Both the position numbers and the translations under genes were made by a program. Shown here piece by piece: positions 61,676-64,000 of a stretch of 64,000 nucleotides of DNA. The notes under the pieces are model-generated. The model was not told where the DNA came from. It did not search any database and worked only from the letters and a program-made list of their open reading frames with translations. Each line of letters starts with the position of its first letter. Positions within the stretch are counted from its first letter, which is position 1. The stretch is taken from contig OZ245002.1 in the NCBI GenBank assembly GCA_965223415.1, positions 4,576,001-4,640,000 on the forward strand, written 5' to 3'. The stretch is from Myxococcota bacterium. GTDB lineage: Bacteria; Myxococcota_A; UBA9160; UBA6930.

Positions 61676-62776
61676 ATGGCGAACCTGCACCAGCTGCTCA
61701 AGGCGATGATCGAGAAGGGGGGGAGTGACCTCCACGTCACCACCAGCTCGCCGCCCCAGCTGCGGATCGACGGCAAGCTGCATCCGCTCAAGATGCCGCC
61801 GCTCGCGCCGCCGGAGACCAAGCAGCTCTGCTATTCGATCCTCACCGACAGCCAGAAGCACAAGTTCGAGGAGAGCAACGAGCTCGATCTCTCGTTCGGC
61901 GTGCGCGGGCTCTCGCGCTTCCGTGCCAACATCTTCATGCAGCGCGGCGCGGTGGCCGGGGCCTTCCGGGCCATCCCCTACAAGATCAAGACCTTCGAGG
62001 ACCTCGGCCTGCCGAAGGTCGTGGCCGACCTGGCCCAGAAGCCGCGCGGCCTGATCCTGGTGACGGGCCCGACGGGCTCCGGCAAGTCCACCACGCTCGC
62101 CACGATCCTCGACAAGATCAACGCCGAGCGCAACGAGCACATCGTCACGATCGAGGACCCGATCGAGTACCTGCACCCCCACAAGGGCTGCCTGGTGAAC
62201 CAGCGCGAGGTGGGGGCCGACACGGGCTCCTTCACGACCGCGCTGAAGTACATCCTGCGTCAGGACCCGGACGTGGTGCTGATCGGCGAGATGCGCGACC
62301 TCGAGACGATCGAGGCGGCGCTCACCGTGGCGGAGACGGGCCACCTCGCATTCGCGACCCTGCATACCAACTCCTGCGTGCAGACGATCAACCGGATCGT
62401 CGACGTCTTCCCGCCCTACCAGCAAGCGCAGGTGCGGGCGCAGCTCTCTTTCGTGCTCGAGGGCGTGATCAGCCAAACGCTGATCCCCCGCGCCAACGGC
62501 CCGGGCCGCGCTCTCGGCATGGAGATCATGGTGCCGAACTCCGCCATCCGGAACCTGATGCGCGAGGACAAGATCCACCAGATCTACTCGCAGATGCAGA
62601 TCGGCCAGGACAAGTTCGGCATGCAGACCATGAATCAGTCGCTGGCTTCGCTGCACCAGCGACGGATGATCTCGCTCGAGGACGCGCTGGGTCGCAGCAG
62701 TGATACCGACGAGCTGCGCCAGATCATGGCGAACGGCGGAGCGCCCGCGGGGCGCCGCGCCGGCTCGGCAGCTTAG
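61676..62776 (+). CDS. pilT: type IV pilus retraction ATPase
   Basis: GSDLH, GPTGSGKSTT, TIEDPIE, LRQDPD, AIRNLMRE, GMQTM; AGGAG RBS. Confidence 0.97.
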   Translation: MANLHQLLKAMIEKGGSDLHVTTSSPPQLRIDGKLHPLKMPPLAPPETKQLCYSILTDSQKHKFEESNELDLSFGVRGLSRFRANIFMQRGAVAGAFRAIPYKIKTFEDLGLPKVVADLAQKPRGLILVTGPTGSGKSTTLATILDKINAERNEHIVTIEDPIEYLHPHKGCLVNQREVGADTGSFTTALKYILRQDPDVVLIGEMRDLETIEAALTVAETGHLAFATLHTNSCVQTINRIVDVFPPYQQAQVRAQLSFVLEGVISQTLIPRANGPGRALGMEIMVPNSAIRNLMREDKIHQIYSQMQIGQDKFGMQTMNQSLASLHQRRMISLEDALGRSSDTDELRQIMANGGAPAGRRAGSAA

Positions 62777-62791
62777 GCAAGGGGGTCTCCG

Positions 62792-64000
62792 ATGCCTGTC
62801 TACGTCTGGGAAGGTCGAACCCGCCAGGGGGGAACCAAGAAGGGCACGATCGAGGCGGCGAACGAAGCCGCGGTGATGACGCAGCTGCGTTCGCAGATGA
62901 TCATGCCGGTTTCGGTGAAGGCGAAGCCGAAGGATATCCTCGAGAACATCAGCCTCTTCAAGCCTTCGGTGAAGATCCGCGACCTGGTGATCTTCACACG
63001 GCAGTTCGCCACGATGATCGACGCGGGCCTGCCGTTGGTTCAGTGCCTCGACATCTTGTCGAGCCAGAACCCGAACAAGACGATGAAGGAGATCCTGCGC
63101 TCCATCAAGAACGACGTGGAGCAGGGAGCCACCTTCGCCGACGCGCTCGAGAAGCAGCCGAAGGTCTTCGACAATCTCTACGTGAACCTGGTCCGCGCCG
63201 GCGAGGTCGGCGGCATCCTGGACACGATCCTGAACCGCCTGGCGGTCTACCTGGAGAAGGCCGACTCCCTGCGCCGCAAGGTGAAGGGCGCGATGGTCTA
63301 CCCGACCACGGTCGTGCTCGTGTCCATCGCTGTCATCGGCCTCCTGCTGGTGAAGGTGATCCCGGTCTTCAAGAAGATGTTCGAGGACTTCGGCGGGGCA
63401 CTGCCCGCTCCGACGCAGATGGTCATCGACCTGAGCGAGTTCCTTCAGGAATGGCTGCTGATCATCCTCGCCGTCATCGCGGGCGTCCTGGTGCTGTTCT
63501 TCCAGGCCCGGAAGCGCTTCCGGGGCTTCCGCCTGCGCACCGACGCGATCTTCCTCAAGGTGCCGATCTTCGGGTCGCTGCTCCGGAAGGTGGCCGTCGC
63601 CCGCTTCACCCGGACCCTCGGCACGATGGTCTCGAGCGGCGTGCCCATCCTCGATGCCCTCGACATCTGCGCGAAGACCGCCGGCAACCTGGTGATCGAG
63701 AACGCGATCATGTCCACCCGGTCCGCGATTTCCGAGGGCCGCACGATGGCGGAGCCCCTCGAGGAGGCCGGCGTCTTCCCGGGCATGGTGGTCCAGATGA
63801 TCGCCGTCGGTGAGTCGACCGGTGCGATGGACACGATGCTCTCCAAGATCGCGGACTTCTACGACGAAGAGGTCGACAACGCGGTGGAGGCCCTGACCTC
63901 GCTCCTCGAGCCCCTGATGATGGTGTTCCTGGGCGGCGCGATCGGCGGCATCCTGATCGCGATGTACCTCCCGATCTTCAAGATCGCCGAGAGCATCAAG
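62792..64000 (+). CDS. pilC: type IV pilus platform protein (stop lies beyond the window)
   Basis: FTRQFATMIDAGLPLVQCL, AGEVGGILD, RFTRTLGTMVSSGVPI, VGESTGAMD, LLEPLMMV...MYLPIFK. Confidence 0.95.
   Translation, partial: MPVYVWEGRTRQGGTKKGTIEAANEAAVMTQLRSQMIMPVSVKAKPKDILENISLFKPSVKIRDLVIFTRQFATMIDAGLPLVQCLDILSSQNPNKTMKEILRSIKNDVEQGATFADALEKQPKVFDNLYVNLVRAGEVGGILDTILNRLAVYLEKADSLRRKVKGAMVYPTTVVLVSIAVIGLLLVKVIPVFKKMFEDFGGALPAPTQMVIDLSEFLQEWLLIILAVIAGVLVLFFQARKRFRGFRLRTDAIFLKVPIFGSLLRKVAVARFTRTLGTMVSSGVPILDALDICAKTAGNLVIENAIMSTRSAISEGRTMAEPLEEAGVFPGMVVQMIAVGESTGAMDTMLSKIADFYDEEVDNAVEALTSLLEPLMMVFLGGAIGGILIAMYLPIFKIAESIK

Overview
A very GC-rich chromosomal segment, most likely from a Myxococcota/deltaproteobacterial genome. 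This is inferred from romR, an MglA-like gene, and the ribF-pilB-pilT-pilC and nadC-birA-coaX orders. It holds about 55 genes, a tRNA-Leu(CAG) and one intact IS630. Housekeeping blocks: cofactor synthesis (nadC, birA, coaX, coaD, coaBC, ribF), peptidoglycan recycling (anmK, amgK-like, murU-like, dacB, spmAB), an SPFH operon (nfeD, stomatin, hflK, hflC) and type IV pili (pilB, pilT, pilC). The strongest non-annotated signal is a candidate regulatory system. An orphan sigma-28 (FliA/WhiG) gene has a sigma-54 promoter and lies beside two NtrC-type activators. Six sigma-28-type promoter motifs, T(C/A)AA-N16/17-GCCGATAA-like, precede pilBTC, romR, a PP2C phosphatase, one activator and two small unknown genes, and no flagellar gene is present in the window. 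Other notable items: a modular, nested palindromic repeat family (2749-3174, 27191-27428); a perfect 32-bp hairpin; a membrane-anchored coiled-coil protein ending in a RelE-like domain; a degenerate MglA next to a GAF/degenerate-GGDEF protein with an intact RxxD site; a CymR-like/ubiquitin-like/JAB/Sat sulfur cluster; and a long structured leader ahead of a GT4/methyltransferase operon. All calls come from manual reading and motif recognition; no database searches were run.
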